The notes under the pieces were generated by a model, which ran no database searches, was not told the DNA's origin, and saw only the letters and a program-made list of their open reading frames with translations. A stretch of 64,000 nt of DNA from positions 2,240,001 through 2,304,000 of the forward strand of contig OY762428.1 in assembly GCA_963665665.1 (NCBI GenBank), in the 5' to 3' direction. This DNA comes from Candidatus Kapaibacterium sp. (GTDB taxonomy: Bacteria > Bacteroidota > Ignavibacteria > Kapaibacteriales > UBA2268). Numbering within the stretch: the first letter of the stretch is position 1; each line of letters starts with the position of its first letter. Positions 50,324 to 61,775 of the stretch are shown here, piece after piece. The translations under genes and the position numbers were made by a program.

Positions 50324-53300
50324 TTATCTTACAATATTTAGTTTTCTTGCATAATCCTTACCGCCGGTTCTGATGATAATCAGGTAGGTTCCGGATGGAA
50401 TTTCGCTGATATCAAATTCAACATTACGGCTGCCTATAAGATTTTCTTTATCATACAAGTTGCCGATAATTCTGCCAGTCATATCAACAAGATCTATCCT
50501 GATATTTAATGGGTTAGTAAATTCCAAAGGTATTGCTACCTTATTGTGTGCCGGGTTCGGAGAAGGCATTCCTATTGAGTATCCTTCGCCTTTGATAATT
50601 TCATTAACAGATCCCGGATCTACTGCAAAGCCTTCAAGAACAACTGATAAAGGAGAATTATCGGCAATGCTGTAAACTTTCAGCTCGCCTTTTCTTAATC
50701 CGGCTTTCGCAGGTTTGAACCTTATGCGGAATCTTTCTGTCTGTCCTATCTGTATTTGTTCGGGGGCAGCCATCATAAACGAGAACTCTGCGTCCCCTCC
50801 CTGTGGATCGTCATCGGTGATAACTGAATTTGTAATATCAATATCAACTTCGCCGGTATTTTCAATTTCTGCAAAGGATGTTTTGGTTTTCCCGACCTCA
50901 AGAGTATCAAATACAAGTTTATTACCTGTTTTCAGGGTCAGTTCCTTCTTTGCCCCGGGGGGTATATAATTAAACAGCAGATTGTTAATATATTGCGAGA
51001 AATACCATACAAGCATTTTGTTTCCACTTTGCGGCACTGCGCAACCGGTCTGTGCTCCGTTTGCTTCTTCTGATAAAGCCGGGAACCACTTTTGCCCCAT
51101 ATTCGAAGAAAGATAAACCTGGCCTCCGCTGCCAATAATTCCTATCATCTCGGATTCAGGCGGGCTGAACAGATTTACAGGACGCAAACCAATATCTGTA
51201 AGGTTGAATTTATTCTTAACCCAGTTGTTGCCACCATCACTTGTTGAAGCAACGAGCAAATCGGAATCGGCATCTGCCGATTCAGTATAAACAGCAATAC
51301 CCTTGTTCTCATCAATGAAGCCGATATAATAAACATAACTGCCGGAATTAATCGTTGATACTCTCCAGTCAGCGCCACGGTTGGTAGTTCTGTAAACACG
51401 GCCCGTTGTTGTACCGAACCAGCCGTAATCTCCCATCCAGTATGTTGACCCGACATAACCGGTTTCCTGTGCTCCTGCAGCAGGGATACCTTCAACTCTT
51501 GCCCAGGTTTTACCGCCGTCAGTTGTTGAGCCTATACCCCAGTTCTCTCCCAACGGGTCACCGAGGAAAATACCATTATTCTCATCAAAGAAATTAATAT
51601 CATTAATAAAGCCGGTTATCGAATTTACAGCTATTGTTGACCATGAAGAACCCGTGTTAACTGTTCTGTATATTCTTGCACTTCCATTGGAAGGCCCGTC
51701 GCCAAGGCAGGCGGTTGTTTCATTGATAATTCCAACTGCATAAACAGGATTGTTTGTAGCTTTGTTTATCGTTGAACCATTAGGGCCGACCTTGAAATAA
51801 ATACCACCGTAAACAGCGCTCTGCCCGGCAGCCCAGACAACATTTGAACCCTGGTATTTGGCTGAATGAAATACAGCATAGAACCAGTCCGGAAGGGCTG
51901 TTACATTATTAAATACATTGTTGCTGCCAATCTGTATCGGAATTCGAACCATCTGGTAGTCTGTATAATTAGTGGCTTCAAATTTAACCAGAAGTTTGGC
52001 ATATCCCTCAAACCATGGATTTATATCAAGCAACCTGAGCCTTATATCAAAATCCTTTGTCTGGTTCATGGAAAGTACACCGATATTGAACTCACTGTTT
52101 TCAATGCTGACATATTTATCCATCGGTGTGATAGTTATCTTCAGGTCAGATACATTAGCAAGGAAGTTATGCGTTTCCATATTAATTATACGGCTTTCAA
52201 AGTTATCAAGGACATCACTTCCTTCAATTGATAATTCTGTTATTTCGCATCCGGGAGCGCTAAGCTGAGGATTTTTATCATTATAAGCAAGGGCTTTATA
52301 TGCATTTATCCTTCCGTAAAGCAAGGGCCTTAGATCAGGATCCGATGTTAAAACATTATCAGATGTTGACCTTATCTGGTGGATGATCTGTTTCGGCGAC
52401 CAATCCGGATGGTAAGCTGCAACAAGGCCACACACGCCTGCCGTTACCGGAGAAGCCATTGAAGTACCGTTCTGACTGGAGTATGTATCCGTTGGATATG
52501 TTGCCCTGATGCTCTGCCCGGGGGTAAAAACTGTCGTATAGTGGCCATAGTTACTGAAACTTGCCATTTTATTGTTTGAAGCAGAAGCACCAACGCAAAG
52601 TACGTTGTCATATTTTGCAGGATATTGATCGTAAGTATCCAGATTTGAACCGTCATTTCCTGCTGCAACTACAACAATTGAACCCATTTCGGTAACTTCG
52701 TTAATTATTTCCTGTGCTGCCGGGCTGAAACCCGGGCCGCCCCAGGAACAGTTAATAATTTTTGCGCCCATTCTTGCAGCATAAAGAATACCTTCGTACC
52801 CACGGTAAATTCCCTGAACGCTCCCGTTGTCTGCACTGCATTTTACAGGCAGCAGCGAACAATTGAATCCTGTTCCGGCAACACCGAGTTCGTTATCGGT
52901 AACTGCTGATGCACATCCGGCAACATGTGTGCCGTGATGGTTCGATGTCAGAGCAGGTTTAGGATTATTGTCTTCCCTGAATGATCCGTTGGCAGCCTGG
53001 TTCTGGTCGATATTTCCCACAAGGTCCCAGCCGTTAACATCATCAATTTTTCCATTATTATCATCATCTTCGCCATTATCGGGAATTTCATTCGGGTTTG
53101 TCCAGATGTTGGCTTCCAGGTCCGGGTGGTCAATCTGTGTTCCGGAATCAACAATACCTATAAGCACATCCTTGCTGCCTTTGCTGATATCCCATGCTTT
53201 TTTCAGTTCAATATTATTAACAGCCCACTGATTATTAAGAAGCGGATCGTTGGGTGTATATTCAAACGGTTGATGAATAAATACGGGAACGGCATATTCA

Positions 53301-53773
53301 ACTTCCGGATTGTCCATCAGTTCCCGGCAGACATCATACGGATCAACAGGCGCTGAATATGTTAATTCATAAATTTTTGTAATCTCGCTGCTTTCGGTAG
53401 AAGGAGCATTCCTGTCCTCGAATGGCGCCCTGATTGATTTGATACCAAGGTCGCTGATAGAGGATTGAAGAGTTGAATTTCTGAATCCTTTGTCACCGGC
53501 ATCGACAAGGAATTTTTGCCTGGTTTTAATATGAATCATTCCCTGAACATAGTGTTCGGGTGATACTTTTGGAATACGATATTTTTTTGCTGCAGAATAG
53601 TAATCAGCAGAAATTTTCTTTCCCGGTACATTAATCGTATATGCGAGTTTGAAATCATCGTCAGTTTGTTTCACCGATTTCGGGTATTTAACCGGAGGAG
53701 CAGCTGCAAAAGCACCTGAACTTGCAACAGCAAACATTATCATCATACATAAAGCGGTCATTTTTCTTATCAT
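50324..53773 (-). CDS. S8 subtilisin-like serine peptidase with BNR/Ycf48-like propeller, Ig-like domain and T9SS-type C-terminal domain
   Basis: Catalytic triad motifs IVDSG, HGTHVAG and GTSMASP, plus TTDGGKTW repeats and PSPNPA...SGTYLI. Confidence 0.93.
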   Translation of the reverse strand: MIRKMTALCMMIMFAVASSGAFAAAPPVKYPKSVKQTDDDFKLAYTINVPGKKISADYYSAAKKYRIPKVSPEHYVQGMIHIKTRQKFLVDAGDKGFRNSTLQSSISDLGIKSIRAPFEDRNAPSTESSEITKIYELTYSAPVDPYDVCRELMDNPEVEYAVPVFIHQPFEYTPNDPLLNNQWAVNNIELKKAWDISKGSKDVLIGIVDSGTQIDHPDLEANIWTNPNEIPDNGEDDDNNGKIDDVNGWDLVGNIDQNQAANGSFREDNNPKPALTSNHHGTHVAGCASAVTDNELGVAGTGFNCSLLPVKCSADNGSVQGIYRGYEGILYAARMGAKIINCSWGGPGFSPAAQEIINEVTEMGSIVVVAAGNDGSNLDTYDQYPAKYDNVLCVGASASNNKMASFSNYGHYTTVFTPGQSIRATYPTDTYSSQNGTSMASPVTAGVCGLVAAYHPDWSPKQIIHQIRSTSDNVLTSDPDLRPLLYGRINAYKALAYNDKNPQLSAPGCEITELSIEGSDVLDNFESRIINMETHNFLANVSDLKITITPMDKYVSIENSEFNIGVLSMNQTKDFDIRLRLLDINPWFEGYAKLLVKFEATNYTDYQMVRIPIQIGSNNVFNNVTALPDWFYAVFHSAKYQGSNVVWAAGQSAVYGGIYFKVGPNGSTINKATNNPVYAVGIINETTACLGDGPSNGSARIYRTVNTGSSWSTIAVNSITGFINDINFFDENNGIFLGDPLGENWGIGSTTDGGKTWARVEGIPAAGAQETGYVGSTYWMGDYGWFGTTTGRVYRTTNRGADWRVSTINSGSYVYYIGFIDENKGIAVYTESADADSDLLVASTSDGGNNWVKNKFNLTDIGLRPVNLFSPPESEMIGIIGSGGQVYLSSNMGQKWFPALSEEANGAQTGCAVPQSGNKMLVWYFSQYINNLLFNYIPPGAKKELTLKTGNKLVFDTLEVGKTKTSFAEIENTGEVDIDITNSVITDDDPQGGDAEFSFMMAAPEQIQIGQTERFRIRFKPAKAGLRKGELKVYSIADNSPLSVVLEGFAVDPGSVNEIIKGEGYSIGMPSPNPAHNKVAIPLEFTNPLNIRIDLVDMTGRIIGNLYDKENLIGSRNVEFDISEIPSGTYLIIIRTGGKDYARKLNIVR

Positions 53774-53914
53774 CCAAATACTCCTTGTTCAAAAAGCTAT
53801 AAATCATATTTCGTAAAGATCTTGAATATACTTATTTTAGATGATAGTTTCAACTGTAAAATTATTATATAATTCCTTATATTATATTTTTCTAACTTTT
53901 TCAATTAAATTGCC

Positions 53915-56212
53915 ATGAAAATTACAAAATATATTCTGATATTTATTACCCTACAGGTTATTCCATTGTCTGCTCAGAACTGGGAATATTTTGAGCGCCG
54001 TGTGGAATATTACATGAACGAGAATAATATTCCCGAAGCATACAATTGGGCTATGCAGCAACTTCAGTTTACTCTTGAAAAGCACGGTACTGAAAGCGGC
54101 TACTATCGCCGTACTGCCGGACTGCTTATGGAAATTCACTTTGCTGCCGGAAATATTGATTCCTGCCTTTACTATGCAAAAATCGACAGTTCACTTCAAA
54201 TTAAGCATGGAAAGCCAAACAGGGGAGACAGCTACAGAAAAACCCTGGCATACATGGGGTTCGCTTACCAGGCAAAAAAGCAATTCGGGCTAGCGGAAAA
54301 TGTACTGCTCGAAGCTTATGAAAACTGTACCGAATATCATGCATTCAACGATTACGAATGCCTGGATATTAAAACTTTTATAGCCGATATGTACCTTCAG
54401 TCCGGTAATTTTGGAAAAGCACAATATTATATTACCGAGCTTAAGAATATCAGGGAACGCGATAAAAAAAGCAACCCGATTGCATTTGCAAGGATATTGA
54501 TTAAATATTCCTCCCTGATGATGGAAACCGGAAATTTTAATGCGGCAGACAGCCTGACCGATTTAAGCCTGACTATTTACAAGAAAAACGGCCCTGATAC
54601 TTTGCTGGATTATCCCGCAGCAATTGAATTTAAAGCACAACTTGCCTTCAGGAAAGGTAATTTGTTTGAAGTAAACAAAATAATGAAAAAATACATAGAA
54701 GCCTCAAAATTGGTTTACGGCATAAGTGAAACATTTTTCGGCTCAGTAAATATTTATTCTGAACTACTTCAGAATATCAGGTTTTATACCAACGGGGTTT
54801 TCTTACTTGAAAATGCTCTGCGTGAATTAGAAGAAGCAAATCTGAACAGCCTTTCTTTAAGAAAAACTACCGCTATATTTCAGGAAAAAGCTGGCAAAAA
54901 ATCCGAATCTCTGAAAAATATGCAGGAAGTTTACCAGCAGGAAAGTTCTTCAGCAACAGGAGTGCCGCTTACAACTATTGCCAGCGATGCAAATACCCTG
55001 GCCATGATGAATGCTGATGCCGGTAAGTATGGCATTGCCGGGCAACTGTTTAATAATGCCCAACTGATGTTCACTAATGTATACGGAGATAACAGTCCGA
55101 GCCATGCTATTGTACTGCAAAACAAAGCTTCGGTACTGGCAATGGAAGGAAATTATCCCGGAGCGATAAGCTCTATCGATAAAGCCATGAATATACTGAG
55201 GAAAGATACAAACCGCTACCTTCAGTTTATGCTGGCCCTTAAAACAAAAGCTGAAATCCAAAGGAAATCCGGCGATATTGAAGCTGCCTCTAATTCACTC
55301 GACACTGTGGTTATGAACCTTGGGGGACTTATGCCTGGCCATCCCTACTATCCTGTGTTTCTTAATGCCTACGCAGATTATGCCGAGGTGAATATAATAC
55401 GCGGAAACAGTAAAATTGTATATAGCAGGCTGCAGAATATTGCTAATGAGGCTGATTCTGTTTATTATCAAAACAATCCCAATATATTAAAACTAAGGCT
55501 GCTTATGGCCCTGGCCGGGCTGGAATCCGGGATTAAAAGTTCCGCCTTCAATAACATCTGGGAGGATGCTGAACATTATTATATATATGATTACCCCTTC
55601 CTTGATTACAAAGCACGGAAATCATTCCGGGAGCTTGCCGTGTTCATCGGCAGCAGGCTGGCAGGAAAGAATCGATTCAGATTTGATAACGGATTAACTG
55701 ATTTTCTAATAGCCGGTATTAGTTCAAATTACAAACTGCATCCGTCAATGCTGTTCAATACCGACAGCCTGAGAAATAAAAGCATATTGGATATTTCAGA
55801 AGCCGGAGAACTGAAAATGCTTCTTCTTGGAGGATTCAAAACCAAGGATAATAACCCTTTTTTATACCCTGATTCCGTGGATAAAATAAAAATGGAAAGA
55901 GCGGAAAAACTGAAAGACAGCAAATTATATTATGAAATATTTCCTCAGGCCAAAATAATTAGTTACGCCAATAAAATGATTATTACAGCATCTGATGATA
56001 ATGTGCTAATTATTCTTAAAAAATCAGAAAAGATCAGCTCTCATCATTTTAGCATGAAAGATTTTAAAAATCCGAAATCGGGCGAATGGAAAAAGATCAA
56101 CAAAGCATTGAAAGGAATTGACAGAATAGTTGTTATTTCAACCGATAGTAAGCTGAGCAAGGCTGCCAATAGTAATATCCCTGAATCAGTAAAAGTAATA
56201 TGCGAAAAATAA
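53915..56212 (+). CDS. Secreted tetratricopeptide-repeat protein
   Basis: Signal peptide and repeated ~42-aa helical units (YG..SP.HA..LQNKA). Confidence 0.75.
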   Translation: MKITKYILIFITLQVIPLSAQNWEYFERRVEYYMNENNIPEAYNWAMQQLQFTLEKHGTESGYYRRTAGLLMEIHFAAGNIDSCLYYAKIDSSLQIKHGKPNRGDSYRKTLAYMGFAYQAKKQFGLAENVLLEAYENCTEYHAFNDYECLDIKTFIADMYLQSGNFGKAQYYITELKNIRERDKKSNPIAFARILIKYSSLMMETGNFNAADSLTDLSLTIYKKNGPDTLLDYPAAIEFKAQLAFRKGNLFEVNKIMKKYIEASKLVYGISETFFGSVNIYSELLQNIRFYTNGVFLLENALRELEEANLNSLSLRKTTAIFQEKAGKKSESLKNMQEVYQQESSSATGVPLTTIASDANTLAMMNADAGKYGIAGQLFNNAQLMFTNVYGDNSPSHAIVLQNKASVLAMEGNYPGAISSIDKAMNILRKDTNRYLQFMLALKTKAEIQRKSGDIEAASNSLDTVVMNLGGLMPGHPYYPVFLNAYADYAEVNIIRGNSKIVYSRLQNIANEADSVYYQNNPNILKLRLLMALAGLESGIKSSAFNNIWEDAEHYYIYDYPFLDYKARKSFRELAVFIGSRLAGKNRFRFDNGLTDFLIAGISSNYKLHPSMLFNTDSLRNKSILDISEAGELKMLLLGGFKTKDNNPFLYPDSVDKIKMERAEKLKDSKLYYEIFPQAKIISYANKMIITASDDNVLIILKKSEKISSHHFSMKDFKNPKSGEWKKINKALKGIDRIVVISTDSKLSKAANSNIPESVKVICEK

Positions 56213-56583
56213 ATTGAATTAAGATATCTTAATTGTAAAAAAAATGATTGCTGATAACTTGCGGGATAAGCGGTATACTTGCTGAACTTTTCCGCTACCA
56301 TCCGGATGACAATATCAGCACAGGCGTTTATTTCCTTCATTTCATTGATTCCGAAGGAAACGTTATTTCTCAGAAGATTGTATGGGAGTGATAGGTATTA
56401 TAAGAGCGAAATTTCCATATATCTAATCACCAATTCATATAATTTTTAAAAACTAAAATATTATGAAAATAATTTCGACTTTAAGCAAAATTCCGGTTTT
56501 AATTTTTACAAACCGTAAAGTTTCATATTTTTGTACGAGAGTAAATTTTGATAATTTTTTTAACTTTTTCAGGAATATTGGTT

Positions 56584-56907
56584 ATGGCGCAACCATTACA
56601 TTTAACAGACGACATGTTCGAAAACGAAGTAATTAAATCGGATGTTCCGGTAGTAATAGATTTCTGGGCAACATGGTGCGGCCCCTGCCGTATGATTGCT
56701 CCGATTATCGAGGAAATGGCAAATGAATTCGAAGGTAAAGCAAAGATATGTAAGCTTGATGTTGACAATAACCAGCAGACAGCTATGCAGTTCGGCATTC
56801 GTTCTATCCCCACAGTTCTTATCTTCAAGAACGGCGAAGTAGTAGAATCTATCGTCGGGGCAGTGCCAAAACAGCAGATTGTCAGCAAGCTTGAAGCCCA
56901 CATGTAA
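56584..56907 (+). CDS. trxA: Thioredoxin
   Basis: Motifs DFWATWCGPCRM and IRSIPT. ATG at 56584. Confidence 0.97.
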   Translation: MAQPLHLTDDMFENEVIKSDVPVVIDFWATWCGPCRMIAPIIEEMANEFEGKAKICKLDVDNNQQTAMQFGIRSIPTVLIFKNGEVVESIVGAVPKQQIVSKLEAHM

Positions 56908-56917
56908 TAAAATTTTA

Positions 56918-56944
56918 AGGCGGATTCAATTCCGCCTGTTTTTT
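56918..56944 (+). terminator. Terminator-like hairpin after trxA
   Basis: AGGCGGA-TTCAAT-TCCGCCT-GTTTTTT. Confidence 0.7.
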
Positions 56945-56967
56945 GTTTATTAAATTGCGAGGTCAAA

Positions 56968-57261
56968 ATGCAGCGTCCGGAATTACTCCCGGAAGAAGAA
57001 ATTAATTCTCATCTGATTTCCCGCCCGCTCTGGAAACATGAGGATAACCTTATATACAGGGACTTCGCCCTTGCCAATTTCACAGCCTGCATGGGCCTGG
57101 CAAATTCCGTAGCCATCCTTGCCGAAAAAATGGATCATCACCCGGAAATCAGGCTTTATGCCTGGAATAAAATCCGTTTTACCCTGATGACCCACGACAA
57201 AGGCGGTCTTACATCTCTTGATTTCCAACTGGCAAAGCAGATTGACGAGCTTGGTTTTTGA
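56968..57261 (+). CDS. Pterin-4-alpha-carbinolamine dehydratase
   Basis: Motifs AEKMDHHPEI and THDKGGLTSLD. Confidence 0.92.
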   Translation: MQRPELLPEEEINSHLISRPLWKHEDNLIYRDFALANFTACMGLANSVAILAEKMDHHPEIRLYAWNKIRFTLMTHDKGGLTSLDFQLAKQIDELGF

Positions 57262-57449
57262 TTCTTTGAAAACAAAGTTAAAAATGCTCTTTCGGATATC
57301 TTATCCGAAAGGAGAACAGGATTGGGAAATCCTCTCCCTATTGTACGTAGGGACAGGGATTCACCGACGAGCTATGTAGGTTAAAATCTTTATCGTTCTT
57401 TAAAAATTTATAGCAGATCCTTATGACGATAAACCATAAGCTACAATGC

Positions 57450-57540
57450 TGTCACTCTGAGCGAAGCGAAGAGTCCATTCTTCTGCAATGTTTGATTGAA
57501 AATATGGATTCTTCAGTCGATGCGCTCTTTCAGAATGACA
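57450..57540. repeat. Bipartite palindromic intergenic repeat (same family as 38052)
   Basis: TGTCACTCTGAGCGAAGCGAAGAGTC ... GGATTCTTCAGTCGATGCGCTCTTTCAGAATGACA. Confidence 0.85.
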
Positions 57541-57660
57541 CTTTCGGATTTTTTCTCAAAAAATTGCTATAAATTTTCAATGCTGAGTAGGTACAAAAAA
57601 TAGAAAAGTTTTTTTATATAATAATTCAGATATTTCCATTTTAATATTTTATTCAATTGA

Positions 57661-58953
<1,293 letters not shown>

Positions 58954-58983
58954 AATATATTTGTAAATATACAATTATACCTT

Positions 58984-59018
58984 TATCCCCTCTTTTTTTT
59001 AAGGAGGGGAATTTTTTA
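58984..59018. terminator. Hairpin between convergent eno and cysQ
   Basis: TCCCCTC-loop-GAGGGGA followed by a T tract. Confidence 0.6.
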
Positions 59019-59042
59019 TTCAATTTTCCGATATAAATAACA

Positions 59043-59813
59043 TTAGAAATTATTCTCAACATCAAATGAACTAACCAGGAAACCCGGGTTCAGCAGTGAT
59101 TCTTTGTTGTAGATAAAACGTCTGCCACCGTTCTCAACCATACCGCCAGCTGCTTCCACAACACCCTGGCCTGCAGCAGTGTCCCATTCCATGGTAGGCC
59201 CTCCCCGGAAATACAGATGGGCTTTGCCCTCGGCCACCATACAGAATTTCAGTGAGCTGCCCCTGGAAATTGACTCAACAACATTAAATTTCGCAAGGAA
59301 TTCCTTTTCTGCTTCGCCGGCATGGGAACGTGACTGAACGGCGATTATTCCTTCGCCTGTGTTCTGATTAACTTTTATCTCTTCCTTAACTCCTTTGGTT
59401 ATTTTAAAAGCACCTTCTCCTTTTGTTCCAATATAAATATCATCCAATACTGGCGCTGATACTATACCAAATACCGGGTAACCGTCTTCTATCAGGGCAA
59501 TATTCACAGTAAATTCGCCGTTACGTTTTATAAATTCCTTTGTTCCGTCCAGAGGGTCAACCAGAAAGAAGCGTCTCCAATTCTTACGGTTTTCGTAGGG
59601 AATTTCCTTCTCTTCCTCTGAAATAATTGGAATATCCGGGTAGAATTCTCTTAAAGATTCAGTAATAACCTTATTTGAAGCTTTGTCGGCTTTTGTAAGC
59701 GGAGAGTTATCCGATTTCATCTCAACTCCGAAATCATCAGTATGGTAAATATCCATAATAGCTTTTCCGGCTTCAATAACTATCTCAATCATTTTATCAT
59801 TGTCAATCAGCAT
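59043..59813 (-). CDS. cysQ: 3'(2'),5'-bisphosphate nucleotidase
   Basis: Motifs KSDNSPLTKAD, SEE, LVDPLDGTKEFIKRNGEFTVNIAL, GSSLKFC and EWDTAAG. Confidence 0.95.
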   Translation of the reverse strand: MLIDNDKMIEIVIEAGKAIMDIYHTDDFGVEMKSDNSPLTKADKASNKVITESLREFYPDIPIISEEEKEIPYENRKNWRRFFLVDPLDGTKEFIKRNGEFTVNIALIEDGYPVFGIVSAPVLDDIYIGTKGEGAFKITKGVKEEIKVNQNTGEGIIAVQSRSHAGEAEKEFLAKFNVVESISRGSSLKFCMVAEGKAHLYFRGGPTMEWDTAAGQGVVEAAGGMVENGGRRFIYNKESLLNPGFLVSSFDVENNF

Positions 59814-59999
59814 TTTTCATTTCCATTATTAATAAAGAACAAAATTAAACAATAAGAAACACTTTTATCGATCTTTATCATAAGAATTTTACCTTATCCG
59901 GCAGAAACAGTATTTTTTTAACTTTGTGAAAACTTAAAAAAATTTTATTTTTATAATGGATAATTTATATAATTATTTAATCATACAGGGAGAAACCAA

Positions 60000-60677
60000 A
60001 TGCTGAAAGTTACATACCTTAGCCACTCTGCTTTTATGCTTGACGACGGAGAGAACAAAGTTCTGATCGATCCGTTTATTACCGGAAACCCGGTTGCTCC
60101 GGTACAAGCCGATAACATTGATGCCGAATTTATTGTGCTTACTCATGGACATGGCGACCACCTTGGGGACGGGTTTGATATTGCTAAAAGAAATAACGGA
60201 ACGATAATAGCTGTAAACGAACTTGCTAATTTTGCTGCCGAAAATGGTATTAACGCACATAACATGCATATAGGCGGCGCATATAATTTTCCTTTTGGCA
60301 GGGTAAAGTTTACAATTGCTCATCATGGTTCTGCCAATAACGAAGGACGTTATATGGGCCCCGCATCAGGTGTGGTTATAACTATGGGCGGAAAAACTAT
60401 TTATCATGCCGGCGACACCGGACTATTCCTTGATATGAAACTTATCGGCGAACTTGATAAAATTGACCTTTTCATGGCTCCCATTGGCGATAACTTTACA
60501 ATGGGTATTGATGATGCCGTAAAGGCCACAGAATTTGTGAATCCCGGAATGGCTGTACCTATACATTACAATACATTCCCTGTTATTCCTGCTGATCCTG
60601 AAGAGTTTAAAAGGAAAGTGGAATCTATAGGCAAAAAATGCAAAGTGATGGAATTTGGCGAAACAATAGAGTTGTAA
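60000..60677 (+). CDS. UPF0173 metallo-beta-lactamase-fold hydrolase
   Basis: Motifs IDPFITGNP, THGHGDH, YHAGDT and PIHYNTF. Confidence 0.92.
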   Translation: MLKVTYLSHSAFMLDDGENKVLIDPFITGNPVAPVQADNIDAEFIVLTHGHGDHLGDGFDIAKRNNGTIIAVNELANFAAENGINAHNMHIGGAYNFPFGRVKFTIAHHGSANNEGRYMGPASGVVITMGGKTIYHAGDTGLFLDMKLIGELDKIDLFMAPIGDNFTMGIDDAVKATEFVNPGMAVPIHYNTFPVIPADPEEFKRKVESIGKKCKVMEFGETIEL

Positions 60678-60719
60678 ATAATTTAATAATTTCTTCTTGT
60701 TTGAAAATTATGAAAAGCG

Positions 60720-60827
60720 GTCATTCTGATGGAACGAAGCGACCGAAGAATCCATACTATAATATTTTGGCCAGGAATAATATAAACTCGCAGGAATACT
60801 GGATTCTTCGCTTCGCTCAAAATGACA
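60720..60827. repeat. Bipartite palindromic intergenic repeat (same family as 38052)
   Basis: GTCATTCTGATGGAACGAAGCGACCGAAGAATCC ... GGATTCTTCGCTTCGCTCAAAATGACA. Confidence 0.85.
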
Positions 60828-60872
60828 GATGTAAATTAAATGTTGAGTAATACATTTTTTAAATATTATAAC

Positions 60873-60911
60873 AAAAAATGTCCGGCTTATTCAAAATATA
60901 AACCGGACATT
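60873..60911 (-). terminator. Terminator after the DUF2807 gene
   Basis: AAAAAATGTCCGG...CCGGACATT. Confidence 0.7.
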
Positions 60912-60932
60912 ATATTATTTAATTTTTAGATA

Positions 60933-61658
60933 TTATTCAGCCTGGTGAACGTCGCCGCTGCCTTTTATATCAACATAAACATTCTGCGGTTTTCCGGTAT
61001 AATAAACATCTCCGCTACCGTAGATTTTAACGCTCAGGTCTTCCTTAACATTCAGCCTGCAATTACCTGAACCATATATTTCTATATCAGATATTTTCGT
61101 TGTAAAGTCGGTTAATTTAAAATCACCTGACCCTTTAATTTCAAATTTTGTTTTTTCGGCTTTGCCCTTAACTGATATATCACCTGAGCCAAGAATTTCG
61201 CCTTTCAATTTCTCAGATTCAATCTCCATAGCAATATCACCTGACCCTTTGATAACCAGGGCAATAAGATCTGTTTTTATTGGCGTTTCTCCTACAATAT
61301 CACCGGATCCCTTGATCATAATGCCTTCATAATCAGGAGATGTAACGTAAACATCAAATCTTGAAGGGCAAATTGAACCAACGGAAGAAATAATAAGTGT
61401 ACTACCGGAAACCTCTGTTGTTACCTGTTCGATAATATTATCATCGGTAACAACTTTTACTTTAGTTTCATTTCCCTGGCTTACAAAAATATTTGAAGAA
61501 CCTTTAAGGACAATTTTATTAAATTGGTTCACATCCCTGTATTCTTCAACAATTTTCTCGGAACCCTGAACACAGTTAAGGCAGGTATTGAAACATGAAG
61601 TCATTGTGAATGAAAGAATTAAAGCTGATATTATAATAACTGGTTTGAAAATTTTCAT
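60933..61658 (-). CDS. DUF2807 (head GIN) lipoprotein
   Basis: Lipobox TMTSC and repeated I(K/Y)GSGD beta-helix motifs. Confidence 0.9.
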   Translation of the reverse strand: MKIFKPVIIISALILSFTMTSCFNTCLNCVQGSEKIVEEYRDVNQFNKIVLKGSSNIFVSQGNETKVKVVTDDNIIEQVTTEVSGSTLIISSVGSICPSRFDVYVTSPDYEGIMIKGSGDIVGETPIKTDLIALVIKGSGDIAMEIESEKLKGEILGSGDISVKGKAEKTKFEIKGSGDFKLTDFTTKISDIEIYGSGNCRLNVKEDLSVKIYGSGDVYYTGKPQNVYVDIKGSGDVHQAE

Positions 61659-61775
61659 ATAAAAACTCCGATTTTTGATATTATCCATCATTTTCATTAC
61701 GCAAAATATCTTATAAAGTTTCGTAATATTTTAATAAGTTGAAATATTAAAATTATAGCAGGAATTGAATAAGTA

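Noticed and set aside
56044-56340. 98-aa minus-strand ORF
   Set aside because: It overlaps the TPR gene antisense by about 170 bp and has no RBS or recognizable domain.
57285-57385. Hairpin CTCTTTCGGATA..TATCCGAAAGGAG and a lone GTAGGGACAGG half-site
   Set aside because: This is too degenerate to assign, and may be a terminator plus a REP remnant.
60638-60850. Small ORFs spanning repeats (also 22992-23180, 18547-18816, 3828-4040)
   Set aside because: Their translations derive from palindromic repeat DNA or overlap real genes (for example ILRFAQND is the repeat arm).
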